Below are positions 23,701 to 35,700 of a stretch of 64,000 bases of DNA, piece by piece. Source of the DNA: Laetmonice hystrix (taxonomy: Eukaryota); the NCBI GenBank assembly GCA_965235115.1, contig OZ249440.1, positions 33,110,001-33,174,000 on the forward strand, written 5' to 3'. The translations under genes and the position numbers were made by a program. Positions within the stretch are counted from its first letter, which is position 1, and each line of letters opens with the position of its first letter. The notes below the pieces were generated by a model, which searched no databases, was not told the DNA's origin, and saw only the letters and a program-made list of their open reading frames with translations.

Positions 23701-26700
23701 GGAGCCTGTACAATGGTACAGATGGGGGATCATCACTGCAAATGGCAAGTCATACAAAGGACTGGTCAGTGAAGATGGTACTGTGGCATCTCTAATAAAG
23801 GAGCTGTGTCATGAGATGGAGTCGCACTCAGTCCATCTATTCAACGCTTTGTGGCAGCACCACCAATTTACAAGGCTAATTGAGGATATTCCAGAGGGCT
23901 GTGTTGTCATGGTACTTGACTTTGGGCAGAACTACAGCACTTTCTATCAAGATGAAGCCCAGGGTGCCCACTGGTTCCATGAACAGGTAACTATTCATCC
24001 AGTTGTCAGTTACTACCGCTGCCCAACAACAGGAGCTACAGTGAAGGAAGAAATAATTTTTCTTTCACCAGATAAGGTCCATGATGCATTTGCAGTCAAG
24101 TCCTTTGTAGAAAGAGCAGTAGGTCATTTGAGAGAGAAGAGGTGTCTCAACTTTTCCCACCTGATTCAATTCAGTGATGGACGCTCAAGTCAGTATAAAA
24201 GCCGTCTACCTTTTCAACACATTTCGGAAGGTGAAAGAGACCTCAAAGCACAGGTGACAAGAGTCTTCTTTGGAAGTCGTCACGGCAAGGGACCTGCTGA
24301 TGGTGCCACAGGGGTGGTGAAGGCATTCGTTCGAAATGCTGTGAAGGGAAGGAGAGCTGTGGTTTCAAATTCAGTAGAAATGTTTGAATTGTGCCAAAAA
24401 GAATTGACAAAAGAAGATGGGACAAGCAGACGGGTATTCTTCCATGTTGCAGAAGTGCAGCGGGCAGCAGACTGTTTGGCACACACTGTAACAGGCACTA
24501 GAGCTCTGCATTGTGTTGGGTCAGTAGCCAGTATGCTTGTGAAAACCAGGAATTTGGCCTGTTTCTGTGATGCCTGCAGGTTGGGGAAGGACAGATGCCT
24601 TAATTCAGATCATGTTGATGATTGGGTAGTGGTTGATTTATCAACAGGCAAACCTTTGAAAGTAAAGATGGAACAAAACTCCATGACCAAGAAGTCCAAA
24701 CTGAATTTACCAAGTTCTCCAATACAGAAATCTACACCTGCCCAAGCTAGGAAGTCTTCCTCTGCAGTAAGTGACACTAAGCCTAAAAAAACTAAATCCA
24801 AAAAGTCTTCATCAAATTCATCAAACGCCCCTGTCTACACTGGAGAGAGGGACAAGGACTTTGACACCATTTATTACTACCTCCTGGGAGCAGCTGACCA
24901 CAATGACCTCCAAAGCAAGGCCAAGCAAGTTGAGCCGGTAATTGATGCGATGAATATCCAAGCAAAAGCAGACTCTCTGTCGGTACTCACCGTGAGTCTT
25001 CCTGTTGACCAGGTGGCCCTTAAGCTAATACCAGCCAATTGTGGAAACGTTGCACGTTATCCTCTGTGCATCACCGGAGATGGCAACTGCCTACCACGAG
25101 TAGGTAGTGTCTTTGCTTTTGGACATGAGAACTCCTGGAAGGAGATCAGAGTCCGCATGACTGTTAAGATGGCATTGCACCAAGCTTATTACATGAATGG
25201 AGAAAACCTGACAGAAGGCTCAAATCCTGACGCTGCTGAATCAGACAACCACAAGATGCTGCAAATGCTGACAATTTTTTCTGACGCACCATTACCTAGT
25301 GGATGTGTCACAGACCAAGTGATGAAAGAGGCCTATGAACATCTGGCCTTAAAATGCATTAAAGATGGAAACTACTTAGGAATGTGGGAGATGCGTGCCA
25401 TGTCAAGTGTATTAGGTTGCCCCATCCAATCTGTATATCCGGAAAAAGGATCTGCAACTGTTCGACACGTCATGAACAGAAAGATAATGCCTCGCATTGA
25501 GAAAGACCCTGCTGTTGCAACCATCATGTGGTCCAGATGTTCAAGGGGGTCAAGAATATGGAACCCTGACCACTTCGTCCCACTGCTGCCAATGATGCCT
25601 GAGAACGAAGTCCAGCCTCCCCCTATGATTGAAATGGCAGATCCATCAGACTGTTCTGATGGAGACCTTGCAGAGTTGTTAGTTGAGCTTCCGATGACTT
25701 TCCAAGACTCTCCATTACTCGATCATGTATCAAGTGAACGTATCCTTTTTCATCTATTAAGGAACAGTCTACTTTCCTGCTACAAGTGGTACCTTAGGCT
25801 TAAGAAGAAAAGGTTTAGGTCTTTATGTAAATACTCATGTTCTTGATTACTACTGAACTTGAAAATGAAATGTTCAAGTCTGAGCTGCAGCTGGTTATCC
25901 AGCCCAGGTATTCCTTCATTTGTTGTCCTTGATAAGTATAAAGTTGCCTCTACTCTGTACATGCCCAACAATAACAGGGCTCAGGAGTTAGACATATTAT
26001 GTGATGGGGAACAGCCAAATCTCCAAAGTTATGATGATGACATCCACATGGCTACACACAATCCTGATGACCAAGCAGAGCCAAACTTACCTTTGACTAG
26101 GGATGGTGAGCAGCCAATGACTCCAAATCATGTTAGGTAAGTGTCGTAAAAGACCTGTGGAAGAAAGATGTTTTATGATCATTCCTGTGTTAATCTTTAT
26201 GTACTAATTCCTGTTTAATGTTTTTCTTGCACATATACCTAGCGATACCACACGGCCGCGAATCGGATCGGATTGTGACGTTAACTAATATACACTGACA
26301 GCAAAGCAGCCCACGCGTCTCAGGGTTTCCCGACCTCAGTGTGCTATTTTTATACTGGCTCGGAAATACAACGTCACAGCGTCTTAAAAATGTCCAGCCA
26401 ATCAGTAGAGGGATTCCGCGTCACCCCGCAGAACGAATTTTGAAAATGGCGACGCTGGTTGCTGAGCTGTCAGCGTCCGAAATATGAACGGGTCACCGAC
26501 GGGAGATCCGTGCTGCGATGTCCAGACAAAGTTAGCGGTAAGTATTTTAAGGTCCCTTAAACATAAACTGATGACTTGGGAAGGAATAAAGTTGTTGTTT
26601 TCTTATTAAAAACAGTCATCGAAGTTGGCCTGTCACGCCGACTGAAGAGATGCATGTACCAGATTAACGTCGCGAGAAGTAGGTCAACTCTCCTAGTGTG

Positions 26701-29700
26701 TTGGGGCCCCTCGCGGGGGTCACGTGATGGAAATCCTGACTTGTAATTGGTCCAATTGAGGCTCGAATCCTTAGTAGGGGGACAGGTTGGGGTTTCCGCG
26801 AATATTTAAGAGATTGTCAGTGACTGCCACTTGTCACACACATGTCGGTGCCGTTTTGTTTTGATCATTGACACTGGTGACAGGCATGGATTGGAGGTGG
26901 GGGGCACATCCACCCCTTCACTGGCTTCAGTTGGCATTAACCCTGAACATTGTTAGGCTGCTCACGGCTCAAAACTGACCATTTCCCCCCATGCCCGTGG
27001 CACTCGACTTGAGTTGGATTGGAGCCAGTGCGCCGTAGTAGACTGGGTGTGGGGGTGGGAGTTTGGGGGGGGGGGGGCCCAGCAAGCAGGGTTGCAAGTT
27101 TTCCATTAAATAATGGAAATCCATAACTTTCAGAAAAAGCAAAATAATCCACGTTTCTCCCCCAGAATTTATGCTTATTGCCCATTTTGTCCATTATTTT
27201 TGTACATAATCCATATCATACTGTATTTCGTCTAAAACCTTTTCAATATTACATCTATACCCTCAATTTATTTATATAGTATCTAATACAGATGAAATCA
27301 GCATATTATTTATTATTTGATTCCATTTGTGGCCTATACTGCCCCTCTTCCTTCTTATTCTCCAAGCAGTGAAGACTTCCATTAAAAAGCTGGCTTTGGT
27401 CTCACTACTTCCATTAGAAATCCATTAATGGAAGAAGTGAATACAGGAGCAATTCTGATTGGTTAATAATGTGTAAGCAACATCTGTAGAGCAATGGGGT
27501 GTTGTAAGTTTACTTAATTTAAAAAATACTAGTATGATCTACTTAAATACTTTTGTGGGTAAAATACGTTTAATATTATATCGGGTGTAAAAATAATAAT
27601 TAATCACTGAGAATATCCCATTCTCTGCTGAGCACTCAAGGAAGCTGGTTCAGCGCCATGTTTGTTTACTACTGCTAAGGACACGCACATGCTCTGCCAG
27701 TATCACAGACATTTACTGATTTAAAATATTTTCCATTAATTTCATGCAGACTAACTTGCAACCCTGAGCAAGTGCCCGCCGGGCATTCACCATGGCCATG
27801 GGAGGGGGGGGGGGGGATGCTACACTACACTCATGTAGTCATGGACATGGGTTTGGAGGTTCTGTCCAGGCCAGCTATCTGTAGACTTCTAAGAAAAAGG
27901 AAGTTGTGCATTATAATTCTTGATGCTAAATTGTGTCTTGTTTGTTACTGCATGTGGAGTAAAACGATATAGAAATCTACAGAAATATTGAATGAAAAAT
28001 TATTTTATGAAACAGAAAATGAAACACAGATTCCAGATTGCATAATTCAACAAAGTAATATAATACAATAATTATTATTGAAAATATAAAGTTCAGTAAA
28101 GGAGGGGGATCATCCGTGGGGGCACTTGGATTGGAAAGACTGGGTGCCTGCAGGGCAGTCAGCTCAAAAAGTTAGTTTCGGGCCCTGACTGCTTGAATAA
28201 ATTTATACATTGTAACTGATGTTCCTTTAGTTCAAATAACAGATCATTTGTTTTATCTTCTGCTAATTTATGGAAAGAGTTAGCATGAGATGAGTTAAAT
28301 TTGTGATGAAGCACTTGCGTGTAGATTAGGGGGGGGGGAACTTGATTTATTTGTTCTGGTGGAAAACCGAAATAAATTTGATTCTGTTTAGTCTTTAGAG
28401 GGTACTTTTACAGTTTTAAGCCGAATCTATGCATTATTTACATACCTGCATTTATATAACGTTACATAATTTAATTTCTTCTTCTTTTTCAGATACTATT
28501 ACAAGTTGATAAAGATGCCTACGAAACATCACAAGAGCAAAAATACCCAGGCCTGGGAACTTGGCATCTATGCTTCCGCTGCCAATATCAGTGAAGAATC
28601 CTTGTTAAATAATGAGTTAGAACCTGTGGAAAACTTGAAGAATGGATTGATCCTAGATATTTACCGATATGTTTTGAATAAATCGCGTGTGAAAACCCCC
28701 ATTGAACCAGAGGTGTGGACTGGTTGGGTTAGGACAATTGTGGGCATTCCTGCAGAAAATGTCTCTGTCAATACACTTTCAACCTATGTTCAACAACTGC
28801 ATCAGAAACGTGACACATTACGCTCTTCAAGAAAGGATGCTGAAAAGGTTGCTCTTGATGATGCAAACTTCGTTGTTGAGGATCTGGAGAACGTGCTTCA
28901 GAGTGACAGTAAAACTGAGCGACAATCGCATCAGTTGGATTCTGAGAGTACTAAATTGTCCAATTCTCTGAGTTATGAGATCCAAAAGAAGGAAAATCAT
29001 CTAAAACAACTAGAATTTCAAACTGCACAGGTGAAAGAGAGTCTTGAATGCTGCAAAGTTAAATTCAAACCAAGGAATGTGAGAGAGAGGGAGGAAAGGA
29101 AGGATAAGAAGATTTCTCACTTAGAAACTTCGTTACAAATAATGGAATCTGTAGCTGAACAGGAACTGACTGAGTTAAAGGGCCAGCTTCGAAGTGCCCT
29201 GGATGAAAAGTCAGCCCTTCGGAATCAAATTCAAGATCTGAAATCTGAAAAGGAGATCCTTCAAAAAAAATTGAAGAAAGAGATAAACAAGAAAAGTTAT
29301 TATAAATGTGCATATAAAACGTCTGTGTCCACCAAATCAGATGAACTTGAAAAGCTGTATGCTGAAAATGAGAAACTTAAAAGTGAAGTAGCGTTCCTGA
29401 ACTCCAGAATTGGAACAGAAGACTTTAAAACAATCTCAACAACAACAGAAGGCACTTTCTCAGTGAATGTGCGCCGGGTTGTCCTTGATTTAATCGCACT
29501 GGAAGTCCCTACTTACTGTGTTGGCCCTGTCATTGCATCAGTGGGTGAACATATTTTTCAACATAAATTCAAGGATGGTGAAATACCTCAGAGACAGAGT
29601 GTTCTGAACATTACGGATGAGGGACAGTTTATGATTAAGATGATGTACAATGAAGAGTTAGGGACAACAGAACACTATGGACTGCACAAAGACGGGACAT

Positions 29701-32700
29701 CAAGGAAAAAAAGGAAAATTCTAGGCAATTCAATTACTCTCAGTAACAAAAAGGTTCTTCCTTTAGGGTTCCGCTATGTTCCTGATGAAAGAGCAAAAAC
29801 CATACCTGCCACTTCACAGGAAGAACTCCTCGAAATAGAAAGCTGTGGGAACACACTTATCACTGAGATAGTGAGGAAACTGACCTACCTGATGACCGAT
29901 AGAGCTGCCAATGAAAAACTTTCGAATGCGCAAATTGAAGCTTGGAGAAATGAACTCCTTAGTTTGACTGACAATGCTGATGACCAGCAGATCATCCACT
30001 CCTTCCATTGTATGGTCCACGTATTACTTGCCTTCCATACATATGCTTGCAGAAACCTGCTGGCCATTCAGAAGCGAATAGAAGAAAATGGAGACAAATT
30101 GGGTAGAGACAGAGTTATTAAATACTATCGCGAATTAGCAGGATCAAGGTGTCTAAGGATGGCGTCAGATGTTCTTGGACCAATACCGGATGAAAAAAAT
30201 GGTCAGCGTGAGAAATGGCTTGCTTACTGCAGGACAAATGATGTGAAATCCACTATTGGGAGCTACAAGGACAATAGATTCAATTGTCTGTTCGAGACTG
30301 CAACACAGGTACTCCACCATAGGCAGCACATCGTGAATTTCATCTCGCAGTTAGATACTGAAAACTCTAAAGTCAAGTCAATCATGTATGACCTACAGGA
30401 TCCACGGATAGTTTCGATGATTCAAAGTCTTGCCGTCCTCTTCTTCAAACTTACAGGGCCATACTGGGATGTGATGACTAGTGGAGATTGCAGCTACCTT
30501 AATCTACAGGTCTATATCAAGAAGATGTATGCCTCAATCCATACCTGGGCAGATGATCCCATGTCCATCCTCTCCAGGGAAGATGAACCAATATTCACAG
30601 ATTTCCCTGGTGACAGGAACTCCAAAATGTTTCAAGTTGCTACTGAGGATCCAACAGATGCCTCATTTTTTCAAGAGTGCATCAAAACAATTCTAGATGG
30701 CATGAAAACCTGTTGTCAAAATCAGCTCTCAGACTTCCTGGCTGGTGGGAAATACAGCATGGAACCAGACGAGAAGGCAGCAAAGTCCGTCTCAGGTGCC
30801 CCGTTGAATAATCTTTCATGTGAGAGGGACTTCGGATCGTTAGATGCCAGCCAACATAAAAGGCGTAATGCCACCCTCCATTATCATACATCTATTCTCT
30901 TGATTAAGAAGAACAGGGAAGACTTTAAGAAATGGTTAAAGTCAAAAACTGAACAACAGGTTGAAGAAATTTTCAAAACGGCCAGAGAAGGAGGGAGAAA
31001 GCTTAGGAAAAAACATAAAATGTTCGAGAGAAAAACAGCACAGTCCATAGAAGAAAGGTTTGCTCTGGAAAGTGAAAAAAAGAGAAAAAAGGAGGAGAGA
31101 AAAAGAAGAAAGGCTGAGAGAGCTAGCATTTCAACAGAAAACCAGGCCAAGAAACGAAGAAAGGCCACCGCTCGACTTGACGCTGAAATCTACGATGCCA
31201 GTGAATCAGAGCCATCCCTAGATGAGATGTCCTCAAGTGATGATGAGATAACTGCCTTTCCAGTACCTGATGGGTCCAGCATCTCAATGGGTGATTGGGT
31301 GGCAGTTGGATACGAAAATGGATGGTATCCAGGTATCTGTTCCTGAATTCTTTCTTAACACTATTCATTATAACAATGTTGAGATAAAAAGTTTAAAAGT
31401 TTTAAAGTTACTGGGAGAACTCTCAGGCTTCTTCTATTACCAAAGAGCTTTAATTAGCGATCTTTCCACTGAACTCGAAAAATTAGTGCTTTTTGTCCCA
31501 GTTGGGTTACCTCATCATTTGCAACCATGCTCGTGCAAGAATGATTTCCATTTTTGAAATTCTTTTTTTTTTGCTTCAGGAATCATTTCAGGTGTCGCAG
31601 ATGAGGCAGCTATTGTCGATTTCCTGCATCCAACATCTCTTGCTGGTCAGTTCAGAAAGCCATCCCCACCCGAGGTTATCAAGGAAAGGCGAGTGTTCAT
31701 CTTTGCTGGACCCCTTCGCCCACCAGAGCCAACAAATGGAGGTCGACGCTATTATTTGCCTGATGCCTTACATGTTGCAGAGAAGTACCAAGTTTATGCT
31801 GACAGGTGAGACCTTTATTCATCATAGATGAGATAGGTTTATACGCTAGTGACAGATAACCATGCTTTACCCAGGGATGTGCCCAGAAAAAATTTAATGC
31901 CGGTCGGTAGTTTTGCACTAGAGCCAAAATATTATTTTCAACTAGAGAGGGAACCAAATTATTCTTCTCAAAGAAATGGAGCCAGGAAATTTATTCCGCC
32001 CGCCTGGTGGTGCCCATCCCTGTGGGCACATCCCTGTTTACCTTTCAGAAACTACAAACATTCACTGATACAACCTGCTACATAAGTTTGGTCTACTTTT
32101 TATTTGCAGAATGGGCTGGAACAGGAGATAGGACTACCGTCGCAAAGAAGTAACGATGGTCCCGAGATCTTCCTGGTTTGAGCAGGAGCAAAAATTTCAA
32201 GTTGGACATTATGCCATTGATCTTTTTCATTCTACAAGCCCTACAGTTGGCAAAACTTTTTTACAGTTTCATTTTGATATATTGCATGACTAGTTTACCA
32301 GTTTACCTTTGCCTTTACTTATGCAGGCACAATTCCACTTGATTTAAGATGGCTGCCACTTGATCTTCAAGATAGCCACCGCTTAATATTTAAGATGACC
32401 GCCACGTAATATTCAAGATGGCCGCCACCTAATATTCAAGATGGCCACCACCCAATATTCAAGATGGCCGCCCCCTACTATTCAAGATGGCCGCCATCTA
32501 CTATTCAAGATGGCCGCCACCTAATATTCAAGATGGCTGCCACCTAATATTCAAGATGGTCGCCACCGAATATTCAAGATGGCTACCATTTTTCTGATAA
32601 AATGTTCAAGATGGTCTCCACCTAATATTCAAGATGGCCGCCACCTTATGTTCAAGATGGCCACCACCTAATACTCAAGATGGCCGCCACCTAATATTCA

Positions 32701-35700
32701 AGATGGCTGCCATCTAATATTCAAGATGGCTACCATTTTTCTGGTAGAATGTTCAAGGTGATCACCACCCAATATTCAAGATGGCCGCCCCCTACTATTC
32801 AAGATGGCCGCCATCTACTATTCAAGATGGCCGCCACCTAATATTCAAGATGGCCGCCATCTAATATTCAAGATGGCCGCCATCTAATATTCAAGATGGC
32901 TACCATTTTTCTGGTGAAATGTTCTAGTCACTTAATAAATATTACAACAACTGAACAATAAAAGATGATATAAACAACCTACTTCCATATCAAACTTCAT
33001 TGTGAATATTTGGTTGCCATGGTTTCGGGTCATTTTGCATATTTCTGTATCAAATTTTCCTCAGTAACAAAAATGATGGACACCATTGGATTCGTTCGGT
33101 GGCAAAACCCCCACACCCACAATTTCACCAGTATGCTTTTATTTTGTAAAAGATGACCTGAAATTATGTGCTACAAGCCTATCTGAGTGTGTGAAAAAGT
33201 GATGTGTCTTTTGTTCTTTTAATCAGTGTAATTAGGTAGTACCTCAGAATTGGAGAATTGACGAACGTTTCCAAACTTTGATCTGCTCTAATTTCCTTGT
33301 CGGTTAACCAATTTTCAAAATTCAAAAACTGTTTCGGTCCTTAATATGCCTGCTGGCTGAAAGACTGCATATAATTGCATTTAAAAATCGTTTGAATTTT
33401 CATGTGGTATAGCTAATATACCTGAACAATATAGTTTTTAATGTTCTCGTTATCACTAATAATTTTAATATTAGTTACAGATCGTTAATCATTTGCATTC
33501 TTTGTTCCTCTTCAGTGTTTCTGTTTTGCCACAAGTTAGACGTGGGCCATATTGCCATGTACGTATTAAAATATTGGAATTTGTTTTTATTGTATACTTT
33601 GGGGAAATCACCAAATATAACATAAAATATTCCTTAATTAATTGCAAAGATGTTTTGATACTAAGCCAAACTTTAAAATAATCATAAAAGCAATGAAAAA
33701 AAACTTGATTAATATGTATAATAAATATAATGTTTAATTTCTATTTTATTTATTAGTATTTTTATTTTCTCTCTCCTGGCACAAGGATGAATAAAAATAC
33801 TTGATTATTACGAGATTATCAAGAGAGAAAAAAAATAGAAATCTGGTATCCTTTCAGTTCCAAGCCCTTGCACGAACCCCTGGGAACTGAGAGGTGTAAT
33901 AGTCGAGTAGCCGCCCTTACAATTTCTATTAGGGACCTGGAAATCCCGTTAAGTACAAGGTTTGACGATTGAAATGTGTTCCCATGGGCCCTAGGAATAT
34001 TTTAAACTTTGTTGGCAATGAAACAACTTTGGGGAAAATTTTTAATTAGATAATTAGCATAATTAGCCTGAATTAGCGTAATGAAAAATAACTTTTGAAC
34101 CAGGAGGCATAGAATCATGAACGAAGACACTTTTCCATACAAGTTCAAACCGAGGAATCCATTTCCGGCAATATTTCTCAATTCAGAGGTCAAGATCAAG
34201 GTCGAAGGTCAAGTTCAAAGTCATTCTTATGGAAAATTAACACATTTTGCTTTTTCTCTGTTATTTCATCTTATTTGGCATAGACTCATGCGTAATGGTA
34301 TATTGTAGATACAAGTTTGATATAGATAAGCTTTTTTTAGACTAAAACTTTTCATCTGAGGTCAAGGTCAAATATGATGTAAAATTAAGACATTTAGGGA
34401 GGTTGTCATCACACTCATGCATAATTAGGTCTAGATAAGGCACGGTGGCACTTTTTGACGAAAATTCCACGTGGGCTATAAGCAGAGATGTCAAGCAGCA
34501 TCCTTAGGAGATTTTTTTAAAAGTCAAGGTGGATCCCTAGAGCCAAAATCCAAGATGGCTGCCGTCCACCATCTTGGAAAAGGCAGACTCAGAGACTGGG
34601 AACCGTTTGTCTTAGAAATTAACATGACACATGTTTTTCGACTAAATTGAGGTCGCTAAACTCATTTCTGACGTCAATTTTTAGAAAGGGACCGTGTTTT
34701 ATGAAATTTAAGATGGCTGCCGTCCGCCATCTTGGAAAACAAGGCCGACTCGTAGTTAGGAACGGCGTGCCCATCCTCTCATGACTGCAAAATTAGGAAG
34801 GTTCACTGCATTTGGATGCCTGTTGAAAAGGCGTTGTGCTTTTTTCTGGTCTTTAAATGTCTGCATATATATTCGTCATTAAATCATGGATGTGTTTAGG
34901 AATTGTGGAGGATTTAGAAATTATCCTGTCTGCAATTGAGATTAAAAATAGGTGAAAATGGTCTATTGCATCAGGATCATTTATGTTGTTTGCTGTGAAT
35001 TGCTCCTGACAAAGGGTCTGGAAGCCGTGCCAGTTGCCTTTTTTAAGTTGCCAAGTGCTTTGGTTGTTTTCCCCCTATGTTGGGTCCTTCATAGAATTAT
35101 TAGGGAGAAGTGGTCACTCCCACCAAGGCTCTGCTCTATTAAGCAGAGATGTCAGGCGGCATCCTGAGGAACTTAAGTTTTCTAAAAGTCAAGGTGGGTC
35201 CCTACATGGCCATGGGAACGTCTTGTGTAGAAATTTACAGAAATGTTCCAAATGCTCCGAAAAACAGGCCGTGGCCATACCAGCTGTGAAACTCTCTCCA
35301 AATGTGCCAAGTGCGGGGATTTGGAAGGTCATTCTGAAAGCGAATAATCTTCACAATGTTAAAATGGCTGATGCTACGACTTGTCGTAGTCGCAACCTTT
35401 CCCCCAAAATAATGGGCGTTTGCCTGTTAATCCACCTTGATGGCAAGCACACGCTTCCCTCAATGGAATTGTCGAGGTTTTAGAGCCAATTTTTGCCCTT
35501 AACCTACATTTCTTACTGCCCAAGACAAGGTCTCGTTCAAGAGAAATCAGGCTCACTTTGGTTTTACAACAGATGGCGGCCATGCTGCTGGCGGCACTGC
35601 CATTCTGGTTCGACAAGATATCATCCATAGCCCTGTTACAATAGACACCCCTTTACAGTCAAGAGCCATTCGCCTAGCTCTGCATAAAGCCATAACTATC

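Larger units (their letters stand above)
26240..33415 (+). mobile_element. hATw-like DNA transposon B, 7.2 kb, in an intron of the Sola2-like gene
   Basis: 15-bp TIR TAGCGATACCACACG / CATGTGGTATAGCTA (2 mismatches); 7-bp TSD ATATACC at 26233-26239 and 33416-33422. Confidence 0.9.

Noticed and set aside
24850..25600. Host vertnin (VRTN) gene
   Set aside because: The OTU-like domain is in frame with a transposase inside TIRs and a TSD, so no host gene symbol was assigned.
25727..25846. C-terminal ~40 aa of the 1075-aa ORF as real protein
   Set aside because: Probably read-through into an intron, since downstream exons continue the gene; the exact donor is unresolved.
32340..32925. CRISPR-like appearance of the 23-bp array
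   Set aside because: Units are head-to-tail with no unique spacers, there are no cas genes, and the context is eukaryotic.
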